From the human T2T-CHM13v2.0 reference genome, Homo sapiens, in NCBI RefSeq assembly GCF_009914755.1, contig NC_060929.1: DNA of 64,000 nt. One strand, given 5' to 3'. The number at the start of each line of letters is the position of its first letter. The first letter of the stretch is position 1. Under the pieces are notes generated by a model, which was not told where the DNA came from, ran no database searches, and saw nothing but the letters and a program-made list of their open reading frames with translations. This document shows, one piece after another, positions 53,141 through 64,000 of this stretch. The position numbers were made by a program, and so were the translations under genes.

Positions 53141-56100
53141 ATAGAGTAGTTAGGAAACACTGTGTTTTCAAACTCTGCAAGTGGATATTCAGACCTCTTT
53201 GAGGCCTTCGTTGGAAACGGGTTTCTTCATACTGTGCTAGACAGAAGAATTCTCAGTAACTTCCTTGTGTTGTGTGTATTCAACTCACAGAGTTGAACGA
53301 TCCTTTACACAGAGCAGACTTGAAACACTCTTTTTGTGGAATTTGCAAGTGGAGATTTCAGCCGCGTTGAGGTCAATGGTAGAAAAGGAAATATCTTCGT
53401 ATAAAAACTAGACAGAATGATTCTCAGAAACTCCTTTGTGATGTGTGTGTTCAACTCACAGAGTTTAACATTTCTTTTCATAGAGCAGTTAGGAAACACT
53501 CTGTTTGTAAAGTCTGCAAGTGGATATTCAGACCTCTTTGAGGCCTTCGTTGGAAACGGGTTTTTTTCATATAAGGCTAGACAGAAGAATTCCCAGTAAC
53601 TTCCTTGTGTTGTGTGTGTTCAACTCACAGAGTTGAACTTTCATTTACACAGAGCAGATTTGAAACACTCTTTTTGTGGAATTTGCAAATGGAGATTTCA
53701 AGCGCTTTGAGGCCAAAGGCAGAAAAGGAAATATCTTCGTATAAAAACTAGACAGAATCATTCTCAGAAACTGCTCTGCGATGTGTGCGTTCAACTCTCA
53801 GAGTTTAACTTTTCTTTTCATTCAGCAGTTTGGAAACACTCTGTTTGTAAAGTCTGCACGTGGATAATTTGACCACTTAGAGGCCTTCGTTGGAAACGGG
53901 TTTTTTTCATGTAAGGCTAGACAGAAGAATTCTCAGTAACTTCCTTGTGTTGTGTGTATTCAACTCACAGAGTTGAACGATCCTTTACACAGAGCAGACT
54001 TGTAACACTCTTTTTGTGGAATTTGCAAGTGGAGATTTCAGCCGCTTTGAAGTCAAAGGTAGAAAAGGAAATATCTTCCTATAAAAACTAGACAGAATGA
54101 TTCTCAGAAACTCCTTTGTGATGTGTACGTTCAACTCACAGAGTTTAACCTTTCTTTTCATAGAGCAGTTAGGAAACACTCTGTTTGTAAAGTCTGCAAG
54201 TGGATATTGAGACCTCTTTGAGGCCTTCGTTGGAAACGGGTTTTTTTCATATAAGGCTAGACAGAAGGATTCCCAGTAACTTCCTTGTGTTGTGTGTGTT
54301 CAACTCACAGAGTTGAACTTTCATTTACAAAGAGCAGATTTGAAACACTCTTTTTGTGGAATTTGCAAGTGGAGATTTCAAGCGCTTTGAGGCCAAAGGC
54401 AGAAAAGGAAATATCTTCGTATAAAAACTAGACAGAATCATTCTCAGAAACTGCTCTGCGATGTGTGCGTTCAACTCTCAGAGTTTAACTTTTCTTTTCA
54501 TTCAGCAGTTTGGAAACACTCTGTTTGTAAAGTCTGCACGTGGATAATTTGACCACTTAGAGGCCTTCGTTGGAAACGGGTTTTTTTCATGTAAGGCTAG
54601 ACAGAAGAATTCTCAGTAACTTCCTTGTGTTGTGTGTATTCAACTCACAGAGTTGAACGATCCTTTACACAGAGCAGACTTGTAACACTCTTTTTGTGGA
54701 ATTTGCAAGTGGAGATTTCAGCCGCTTTGAAGTCAAATGTAGAAAAGGAAATATCTACCTATAAAAACTAGACTGAATGATTCTCAGAAACTCCTTTGTG
54801 ATGTGTGCGTTCAACTCACAGAGTTTAACCTTTCTTTTCATAGAGCAGTTAGGAAACACTCTGGTTGTAAAGTCTGCAAGTGGATATTCAGCCCTCTTTG
54901 AGGCCTTCGTTGGAAACGGGTTTTTTTCATATAAGGCTAGACAGAAGAATTCCCAGTAACTTCCTTGTGTTGTGTGTGTTCAACTCACAGAGTTGAACTT
55001 TGATTTACACAGAGCAGATTTGAAACACTCTTTTTGTGGAATTTGCAAGTGGAGATTTCAAGCGCTTTGAGGCCAAAGGCAGAAAAGGAAATATCTTCGT
55101 ATAAAAACTAGACAGAATCATTCTCAGAAACTGCTCTGCGATGTGTGCGTTCAACTCTCAGAGTTTACCTTTCTTTTCATTCAGCAGTTTGGAAACACTC
55201 TGTTTGTAAAGTCTGCACGTGGATATTTTGACCACTTAGAGGCCTTCGTTGGAAACGGGTTTTTTTCCTGTAAGGCTAGACAGAAGAATTCCAAGTAACT
55301 TCCTTGTGTTGTGTACATTCAACTCACAGAGTTGAACGTTCCCTTAGACAGAGCAGATTTGAAACACTCTTTTTGTGCAATTGGCAAGTGGAGATTTCAA
55401 GCGCTTTAAGGTCAATGGCAGAAAAGGAAATATCTTCGTTTCAAAACTAGAGAGAATCATTCCCAAAAACTGCGTTGTGATGTGTTCGTTCATCTCACAG
55501 AGTTTAACCTTTCTTTTCATAGAGCAGTTAGGAAACAGTCTGTTTGTAAATTCTGTAAGTGGATATTCTGACATCTTGTGGCCTTCGTTGGAAACGGGAT
55601 TTCTTCATATTCTGCTAGACAGAAGAATTCTCAGAATCTTCCTTGTGTTGTGTGTATTCAACTCACAGAGTTGAACGATGGTTTACACAGAGCAGATTTG
55701 AAACACTCTTTTTGTGGAATTTGCAAGTGGAGATTTCAGCCGCTTTGAGGTCAATGGTAGAAAAGGAAATATCTTCGTATAAAAACTAGACAGAATGATT
55801 CTCAGAAACTTCTTTGTGATGTGTGCGTTCAACTCACAGAGTTTAACCTTTCTTTTCATAGAGCAGTTAGGAAACACTCTGTTTGTAAACTCTGCAAGTG
55901 GATATTCAGACCTCTTTGAGGCCTTCGTTGGAAACGGGATTTCTTCATACTGTGCTAGACAGAAGAATTCTCAGTAACTTCCTTGTGTTGTGTGTATTCA
56001 ACTCACAGAGTTGACCGATCCTTTACACAGAGCAGACTTGTAACACTCTTTTTGTGGAATTTGCAAGTGGAGATTTCAGCCGCTTTGAAGTCAAAGGTAG

Positions 56101-59100
56101 AAAAGGGAATATCTTCCTATAAAAACTAGACAGAATGATTCTCAGAAACTCCTTTGTCATGTGTGCGTTCAACTCACAGAGTTTAACCTTTCTTTTCATA
56201 GAGCAGTTAGGAAACACTCTGTTTCTAAAGTCTGCAAGTGGATATTCAGACCTCTTTGAGGCCTTCGTTGGAAACGGGTTTTTTTCATATAAGGCTAGAG
56301 AGAAGAATTCCCAGTAACTTCCTTGTGTTGTGTGTGTTCAACTCACAGAGTTGAACTTTCATTTACACAGAGCAGATTTGAAACACTCTTTTTGTGGAAT
56401 TTGCAAGTGGAGATTTCAAGCGCTGTGAGGCCAAAGGCAGAAAAGGAAATATCTTCGTATAAAAACTAGACAGAATCATTCTCAGAAACTGCTCTGCGAT
56501 GTGTGCGTTCAACTCTCAGAGTTTAACTTTTCTTTTCATTCAGCAGTTTGGAAACACTCTGTTTGTAAAGTCTGCACGTGGATAATTTGACCACTTAGAG
56601 GCCTTCGTTGGAAACGGGTTTTTTTCATGTAAGGCTAGACAGAAGAATTCTCAGTAACTTCCTTGTGTTGTGTGTATTCAACTCACACAGTTGAACGATC
56701 CTTTACACAGAGCAGACTTGTAACACTCTTTTTGTGGAATTTGCAAGTGGAGATTTCAGCCGCTTTGAAGTCAAAGGTAGAAAAGGAAATATCTTCCTAT
56801 AAAAACTAGACAGAATGATTCTCAGAAACACCTTTGTGATGTGTGCGTTCAACTCACAGAGTTTAACCTTTCTTTTCATAGAGCAGTTAGGAAACACTCT
56901 GTTTGTAAAGTCTGCAAGTGGATATTCAGACCTCTTTGAGGCCTTCGTTGGAAACGGGTTTTTTTCATATAAGGCTAGACAGAAGAATTCCCAGTAACTT
57001 CCTTGTGTTGTGTGTGTTCAACTCACAGAGTTGAACTTTCATTTACACAGAGCAGATTTGAAACACTCTTTTTGTGGAATTTGCAGGTGGAGATTTCAAG
57101 CGCTTTGAGGCCAAAGGCAGAAAAGGAAATATCTTCGTATAAAAACTAGACAGAATCATTCTCAGAAACTGCTCTGCGATGTGTGCGTTCAACTCTCAGA
57201 GTTTAACTTTTCTTTTCATTCAGCAGTTTGGAAACACTCTGTTTGTAAAGTCTGCACGTGGATAATTTGACCACTTAGAGGCCTTCGTTGGAAACGGGTT
57301 TTTTTCATGTAAGGCTAGACAGAAGAATTCTCAGTAACTTCCTTGTGTTGTGTGTATTCAACTCACAGAGTTGAACGATCCTTTACACAGAGCAGACTTG
57401 TAACACTCTTTTTGTGGAATTTGCAAGTGGAGATTTCAGCCGCTTTGAAGTCAAAGGTAGAAAAGGAAATATCTTCCTATAAAAACTAGACAGAATGATT
57501 CTCAGAAACTCCTTTGTGATGTGTGCGTTCAACTCACAGAGTTTAACCTTTCTTTTCATAGAGCAGTTAGGAAACACTCTGCTTGTAAAGTCTGCAAGTG
57601 GATATTCAGCCCTCTTTGAGGCCTTCGTTGGAAACGGGTTTTTTTCATATAAGGCTAGACAGAAGAATTCCCAGTAACTTCCTTGTGTTGTGTGTGTTCA
57701 ACTCACAGAGTTGAACTTTCATTTACACAGAGCAGATTTGAAACACTCTTTTTGTGGAATTTGCAAGTGGAGATTTCAAGCGCTTTGAGGCCAAAGGCAG
57801 AAAAGGAAATATCTTCGTATAAAAACTAGACAGAATCATTCTCAGAAACTGCTCTGCGATGTGTGCGTTCAACTCTCAGAGTTTAACTTTTCTTTTCATT
57901 CAGCAGTTTGGAAACACTCTGTTTGTAACGTCTGCACGTGGATATTTTGACCACTTAGAGGCCTTCGTTGGAAACGGGTTTTTTTCCTGTAAGGCTAGAC
58001 AGAAGAATTCCCAGTAACTTCCTTGTGTTGTGTACATTCAACTCACAGAGTTGAACGTTCCCTTAGACAGAGCAGATTTGAAACACTCTTTTTGTGCAAT
58101 TGGCAAGTGGAGATTTCAAGCGCTTTAAGGTCAATGGCAGAAAAGGAAATATCTTCGTTTCAAAACTAGAGAGAATCATTCCCAAAAACTGCGTTGTGAT
58201 GTGTTCGTTCATCTCACAGAGTTTAACCTTTCTTTTCATAGAGCAGTTAGGAAACAGTCTGTTTGTAAATTCTGTAAGTGGATATTCTGACATCTTGTGG
58301 CCTTCGTTGGAAACGGGATTTCTTCATATTCTGCTAGACAGAAGAATTCTCAGAATCTTCCTTGTGTTGTGTGTATTCAACTCACACAGTTGAACGATGG
58401 TTTACACAGAGCAGATTTGAAACACTCTTTTTGTGGAATTTGCAAGTGGAGATTTCAGCCGCTTTGAGGTCAATGGTAGAAAAGGAAATATCTTCGTATA
58501 AAAACTAGACAGAATGATTCTCAGAAACTTCTTTGTGATGTGTGCGTTCAACTCACAGAGTTTAACCTTTCTTTTCATAGAGCAGTTAGGAAACACTCTG
58601 TTTGTAAACTCTGCAAGTGGATATTCAGACCTCTTTGAGGCCTTCGTTGGAAACGGGATTTCTTCATACTGTGCTAGACAGAAGAATTCTCAGTAACTTC
58701 CTTGTGTTGTGTGTATTCAACTCACAGAGTTGACCGATCCTTTACACAGAGCAGACTTGTAACACTCTTTTTGTGGAATTTGCAAGTGGAGATTTCAGCC
58801 GCTTTGAAGTCAAAGGTAGAAAAGGGAATATCTTCCTATAAAAACTAGACAGAATGATTCTCAGAAACTCCTTTGTCATGTGTGCGTTCAACTCACAGAG
58901 TTTAACCTTTCTTTTCATAGAGCAGTTAGGAAACACTCTGTTTCTAAAGTCTGCAAGTGGATATTCAGACCTCTTTGAGGCCTTCGTTGGAAACGGGTTT
59001 TTTTCATATAAGGCTAGAGAGAAGAATTCCCAGTAACTTCCTTGTGTTGTGTGTGTTCAACTCACAGAGTTGAACTTTCATTTACACAGAGCAGATTTGA

Positions 59101-62100
59101 AACACTCTTTTTGTGGAATTTGCAAGTGGAGATTTCAAGCGCTTTGAGGCCAAAGGCAGAAAAGGAAATATCTTCGTATAAAAACTAGACAGAAGCATTC
59201 TCAGAAGCTGCTCTGCGATGTGTGCGTTCAACTCTCAGAGTTTAACTTTTCTTTTCATTCAGCAGTTTGGAAACACTCTGTTTGTAAAGTCTGCACGTGG
59301 ATAATTTGACCACTTAGAGGCCTTCGTTGGAAACGGGTTTTTTTCATGTAAGGCTAGACAGAAGAGTTCTCAGTAACTTCCTTGTGTTGTGTGTATTCAA
59401 CTCACACAGTTGAACGATCCTTTACACAGAGCAGACTTGTAACACTCTTTTTGTGGAATTTGCAAGTGGAGATTTCAGCCGCTTTGAAGTCAAAGTAGAA
59501 AAGGAAATATCTTCCTATAAAAACTAGACAGAATGATTCTCAGAAACTCCTTTGTGATGTGTGCGTTCAACTCACAGAGTTTAACCTTTCTTTTCATAGA
59601 GCAGTTAGGAAACACTCTGTTTGTAAAGTCTGCAAGTGGATATTCAGACCTCTTTGAGGCCTTCGTTGGAAACGGGTTTTTTTCATATAAGGCTAGACAG
59701 AAGAATTCCCAGTAACTTCCTTGTGTTGTGTGTGTTCAACTCACAGAGTTGAACTTTCATTTACACAGAGCAGATTTGAAACACTCTTTTTGTGGAATTT
59801 GCAGGTGGAGATTTCAAGCGCTTTGAGGCCAAAGGCAGAAAAGGAAATATCTTCGTATAAAAACTAGACAGAATCATTCTCAGAAACTGCTCTGCGATGT
59901 GTGCGTTCAACTCTCAGAGTTTAACTTTTCTTTTCATTCAGCAGTTTGGAAACACTCTGTTTGTAAAGTCTGCACGTGGATAATTTGACCACTTAGAGGC
60001 CTTCGTTGGAAACGGGTTTTTTTCATGTAAGGCTAGACAGAAGAATTCTCAGTAACTTCCTTGTGTTGTGTGTATTCAACTCACAGAGTTGAACGATCCT
60101 TTACACAGAGCAGACTTGTAACACTCTTTTTGTGGAATTTGCAAGTGGAGATTTCAGCCGCTTTGAAGTCAAAGGTAGAAAAGGAAATATCTTCCTATAA
60201 AAACTAGACAGAATGATTCTCAGAAACTCCTTTGTGATGTGTGCGTTCAACTCACAGAGTTTAACCTTTCTTTTCATAGAGCAGTTAGGAAACACTCTGC
60301 TTGTAAAGTCTGCAAGTGGATATTCAGCCCTCTTTGAGGCCTTCGTTGGAAACGGGTTTTTTTCATATAAGGCTAGACAGAAGAATTCCCAGTAACTTCC
60401 TTGTGTTGTGTGTGTTCAACTCACAGAGTTGAACTTTCATTTACACAGAGCAGATTTGAAACACTCTTTTTGTGGAATTTGCAAGTGGAGATTTCAAGCG
60501 CTTTGAGGCCAAAGGCAGAAAAGGAAATATCTTCGTATAAAAACTAGACAGAATCATTCTCAGAAACTGCTCTGCGATGTGTGCGTTCAACTCTCAGAGT
60601 TTAACTTTTCTTTTCATTCAGCAGTTTGGAAACACTCTGTTTGTAAAGTCTGCACGTGGATATTTTGACCACTTAGAGGCCTTCGTTGGAAACGGGTTTT
60701 TTTCCTGTAAGGCTAGACAGAAGAATTCCCAGTAACTTCCTTGTGTTGTGTACATTCAACTCACAGAGTTGAACGTTCCCTTAGACAGAGCAGATTTGAA
60801 ACACTCTTTTTGTGCAATTGGCAAGTGGAGATTTCAAGCGCTTTAAGGTCAATGACAGAAAAGGAAATATCTTCGTTTCAAAACTAGACAGAATCATTCC
60901 CACAAACTGCGTTGTGATGTGTTCGTTCATCTCACAGAGTTTAACCTTTCTTTTCATAGAGCAGTTAGGAAACACTCTGTTTGTAAATTCTGTAAGTGGA
61001 TATTCTGACATCTTGTGGCCTTCGTTGGAAACGGGATTTCTTCATATTCTGCTAGACAGAAGAATTCTCAGAATCTTCCTTGTGTTGTGTGTATTCAACT
61101 CACACAGTTGAACGATGGTTTACACAGAGCAGATTTGAAACACTCTTTTTGTGGAATTTGCAAGTGGAGATTTCAGCCGCTTTGAGGTCAATGGTAGAAA
61201 AGGAAATATCTTCGTATAAAAACTAGACAGAATGATTCTCAGAAACTTCTTTGTGATGTGTGCGTTCAACTCACAGAGTTTAACCTTTCTTTTCATAGAG
61301 CAGTTAGGAAACACTCTGTTTGTAAACTCTGCAAGTGGATATTCAGACCTCTTTGAGGCCTTCGTTGGAAACGGGATTTCTTCATACTGTGCTAGACAGA
61401 AGAATTCTCAGTAACTTCCTTGTGTTGTGTGTATTCAACTCACAGAGTTGAACGATCCTTTACACAGAGCGGACTTGAAACACTCTTTTTGTTGAATTTG
61501 CAAGTGGAGATTTCAGCCGCGTTGAGGTCAATGGTAGAAAAGGAAATATCTTCGTATAAAAACTAGACAGAATGATTCTCAGAAACTCCTTTGAGATGTG
61601 TGTGTTCAACTCACAGAGTTTAACCTTTCTTTTCATAGAGCAGTTAGGAATCACTCTGTTTGTAAAGTCTGCAAGTGGATATTCAGACCTCTTTGAGGCC
61701 TTCGTTGGAAACGGGTTTTTTTCATATAAGGCTAGACAGAAGAATTCCCAGTAACTTCCTTGTGTTGTGTGTGTTCAACTCACAGAGTTGAACTTTCATT
61801 TACACAGAGCAGATTTGAAACACTCTTTTTGTGGAATTTGCAAATGGAGATTTCAAGCGCTTTGAGGCCAAAGGCAGAAAAGGAAATATCTTCGTATAAA
61901 AACTAGACAGAATCATTCTCAGAAACTGCTCTGCGATGTGTGCGTTCAACTCTCAGAGTTTAACTTTGCTTTTCATTCAGCAGTTTGGAAACACTCTGTT
62001 TGTAAAGTCTGCACGTGGATAATTTGACCACTTAGAGGCCTTCGTTGGAAACGGGTTTTTTTCCTGTAAGGCTAGACAGAAGAATTCTCAGTAACTTCCT

Positions 62101-64000
62101 TGTGTTGTGTGTATTCAACTCACACAGTTGAACGATCCTTTACACAGAGCAGACTTGTAACACTCTTTTTGTGGAATTTGCAAGTGGAGATTTCAGCCGC
62201 TTTGAAGTCAAAGGTAGAAAAGGAAATATCTTCCTATAAAAACTACACAGAATGATTCTCAGAAACTCCTTTGTGATGTGTGCGTTCAACTCACAGAGTT
62301 TAACCTTTCTTTTCATAGAGGAGTTAGGAAACACTCTGCTTGTAAAGTCTGCAAGTGGATATTCAGACCTCTTTGAGGCCTTCGTTGGAAATGGGTTTTT
62401 TTCATATAAGGCTAGACAGAAGAATTCCCAGTAACTTCCTTGTGTTGTGTGTGTTCAACTCACAGAGTTGAACTTTCATTTACACAGAGCAGATTTGAAA
62501 CACTCTTTTTGTGGAATTTGCAATTGGAGATTTCAAGCGCTTTGAGGCCAAAGGCAGAAAAGGAAATATCTTCGTATAAAAACTAGACAGAATCATTCTC
62601 AGAAACTGCTCTGTGATGTGTGCGTTCAACTCTCAGAGTTTAACTTTTCTTTTCATTCAGCAGTTTGGAAACACTCTGTTTGTAAAGTCTGCACGTGGAT
62701 AATTTGACCACTTAGAGGCCTTCGTTGGAAACGGGTTTTTTTCATGTAAGGCTAGACAGAAGAGTTCTCAGTAACTTCCTTGTGTTGTGTGTATTCAACT
62801 CACACAGTTGAACGATCCTTTACACAGAGCAGACTTGTAACACTCTTTTTGTGGAATTTGCAAGTGGAGATTTCAGCCGCTTTGAAGTCAAAGTAGAAAA
62901 GGAAATATCTTCCTATAAAAACTAGACAGAATGATTCTCAGAAACTCCTTTGTGATGTGTGCGTTCAACTCACAGAGTTTAACCTTTCTTTTCATAGAGC
63001 AGTTAGGAAACACTCTGTTTGTAAAGTCTGCAAGTGGATATTCAGACCTCTTTGAGGCCTTCGTTGGAAACGGGTTTTTTTCATATAAGGCTAGAGAGAA
63101 GAATTCCCAGTAACTTCCTTGTGTTGTGTGTGTTCAACTCACAGAGTTGAACTTTCATTTACACAGAGCAGATTTGAAACACTCTTTTTGTGGAATTTGC
63201 AGGTGGAGATTTCAAGCGCTTTGAGGCCAAAGGCAGAAAAGGAAATATCTTCGTATAAAAACTAGACAGAATCATTCTCAGAAACTGCTCTGCGATGTGT
63301 GCGTTCAACTCTCAGAGTTTAACTTTTCTTTTCATTCAGCAGTTTGGAAACACTCTGTTTGTAAAGTCTGCACGTGGATAATTTGACCACTTAGAGGCCT
63401 TCGTTGGAAACGGGTTTTTTTCATGTAAGGCTAGACAGAAGAATTCTCAGTAACTTCCTTGTGTTGTGTGTATTCAACTCACAGAGTTGAACGATCCTTT
63501 ACACAGAGCAGACTTGTAACACTCTTTTTGTGGAATTTGCAAGTGGAGATTTCAGCCGCTTTGAAGTCAAAGGTAGAAAAGGAAATATCTTCCTATAAAA
63601 ACTAGACAGAATGATTCTCAGAAACTCCTTTGTGATGTGTGCGTTCAACTCACAGAGTTTAACCTTTCTTTTCATAGAGCAGTTAGGAAACACTCTGCTT
63701 GTAAAGTCTGCAAGTGGATATTCAGCCCTCTTTGAGGCCTTCGTTGGAAACGGGTTTTTTTCATATAAGGCTAGACAGAAGAATTCCCAGTAACTTCCTT
63801 GTGTTGTGTGTGTTCAACTCACAGAGTTGAACTTTCATTTACACAGAGCAGATTTGAAACACTCTTTTTGTGGAATTTGCAAGTGGAGATTTCAAGCGCT
63901 TTGAGGCCAAAGGCAGAAAAGGAAATATCTTCGTATAAAAACTAGACAGAATCATTCTCAGAAACTGCTCTGCGATGAGTGCGTTCAACTCTCAGAGTTT

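Larger units (their letters stand above)
1..64000 (+). repeat. Centromeric alpha-satellite higher-order-repeat array, SF1 (dimeric, ~340-bp periodicity, ~188 dimers)
   Basis: Continuous ~171-bp tandem monomers with alphoid motifs (cattctcagaaact, ttcaactcacagagtt, ttggaaacactct, aaaactagacagaa). CENP-B-box monomers alternate strictly with box-less monomers. EcoRI gaattc recurs every ~340 bp (248, 588, 928, 1267...). The ORF track repeats at multiples of 340 bp. Confidence 0.99.
1..64000 (+). repeat. Probable identity: live HOR S1C1/5/19H1L (D1Z7/D5Z2/D19Z3); chr5 D5Z2 tentatively favoured
   Basis: Dimers B (ctgcacgtggatattttgaccacttagagg...cctgtaaggctag), C (gaacgttcccttagacag...ctgacatcttgtggcc) and A (catataaggctag) match my recollection of the chr1/5/19 hexamer. 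D looks like the A-head/C-tail hybrid dimer. There are no long pure-dimer runs. This is recall, not an alignment, and other SF1 arrays (e.g. D10Z1) are not formally excluded. Confidence 0.6.

Noticed and set aside
306-63793. Numerous 60-99 aa ORFs on both strands (MFPNCSMKRK..., MILRNSFVMC..., MQLASGDFKR...)
   Set aside because: These are chance open frames of the satellite, recurring with the 340-bp period and overlapping on opposite strands. They are freely broken by indels and stops, and show no gene structure.
1-64000. CRISPR-like or other prokaryotic repeat system
   Set aside because: There are no unique spacers and no cas genes; all of the sequence is repeat.
1-64000. L1/Alu insertion, inversion or non-alphoid island
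   Set aside because: Dimer phase and orientation are continuous throughout. I saw no poly-A tails, target-site duplications or reverse-strand CENP-B boxes.

Overview
The whole 64 kb window is one uninterrupted, single-orientation array of primate (human-type) centromeric alpha-satellite DNA. It consists of ~171-bp monomers arranged as ~340-bp dimers, with one CENP-B box (CTTCGTTGGAAACGGG[A/T]) and usually one EcoRI site per dimer, which fits suprachromosomal family 1 (J1/J2). From memory of the consensus, the monomers best match the chr1/5/19 live HOR (D1Z7/D5Z2/D19Z3). Chr5 is my tentative guess, and this needs alignment to confirm. I see no genes, transposon insertions, inversions or CRISPR arrays; all listed ORFs are repeat artefacts. 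I parsed the array by eye into five dimer classes, which I label A-E. The interest lies in higher-order structure. Units anchored on dimer C measure 16,12,16,12,16,30,14,6,30,12,16,12,20,16,32,30,14,16,16,16 monomers, driven by expansion of an A-B tetramer. There is a 4757-bp 28-mer super-repeat, a reconstructable nested series of 1700-, 6113- and 2378-bp duplications, several recombinant dimers, and an amplified cassette carrying a dead CENP-B box. I found no evidence of a new protein-coding system; any novelty is in satellite architecture and evolution.
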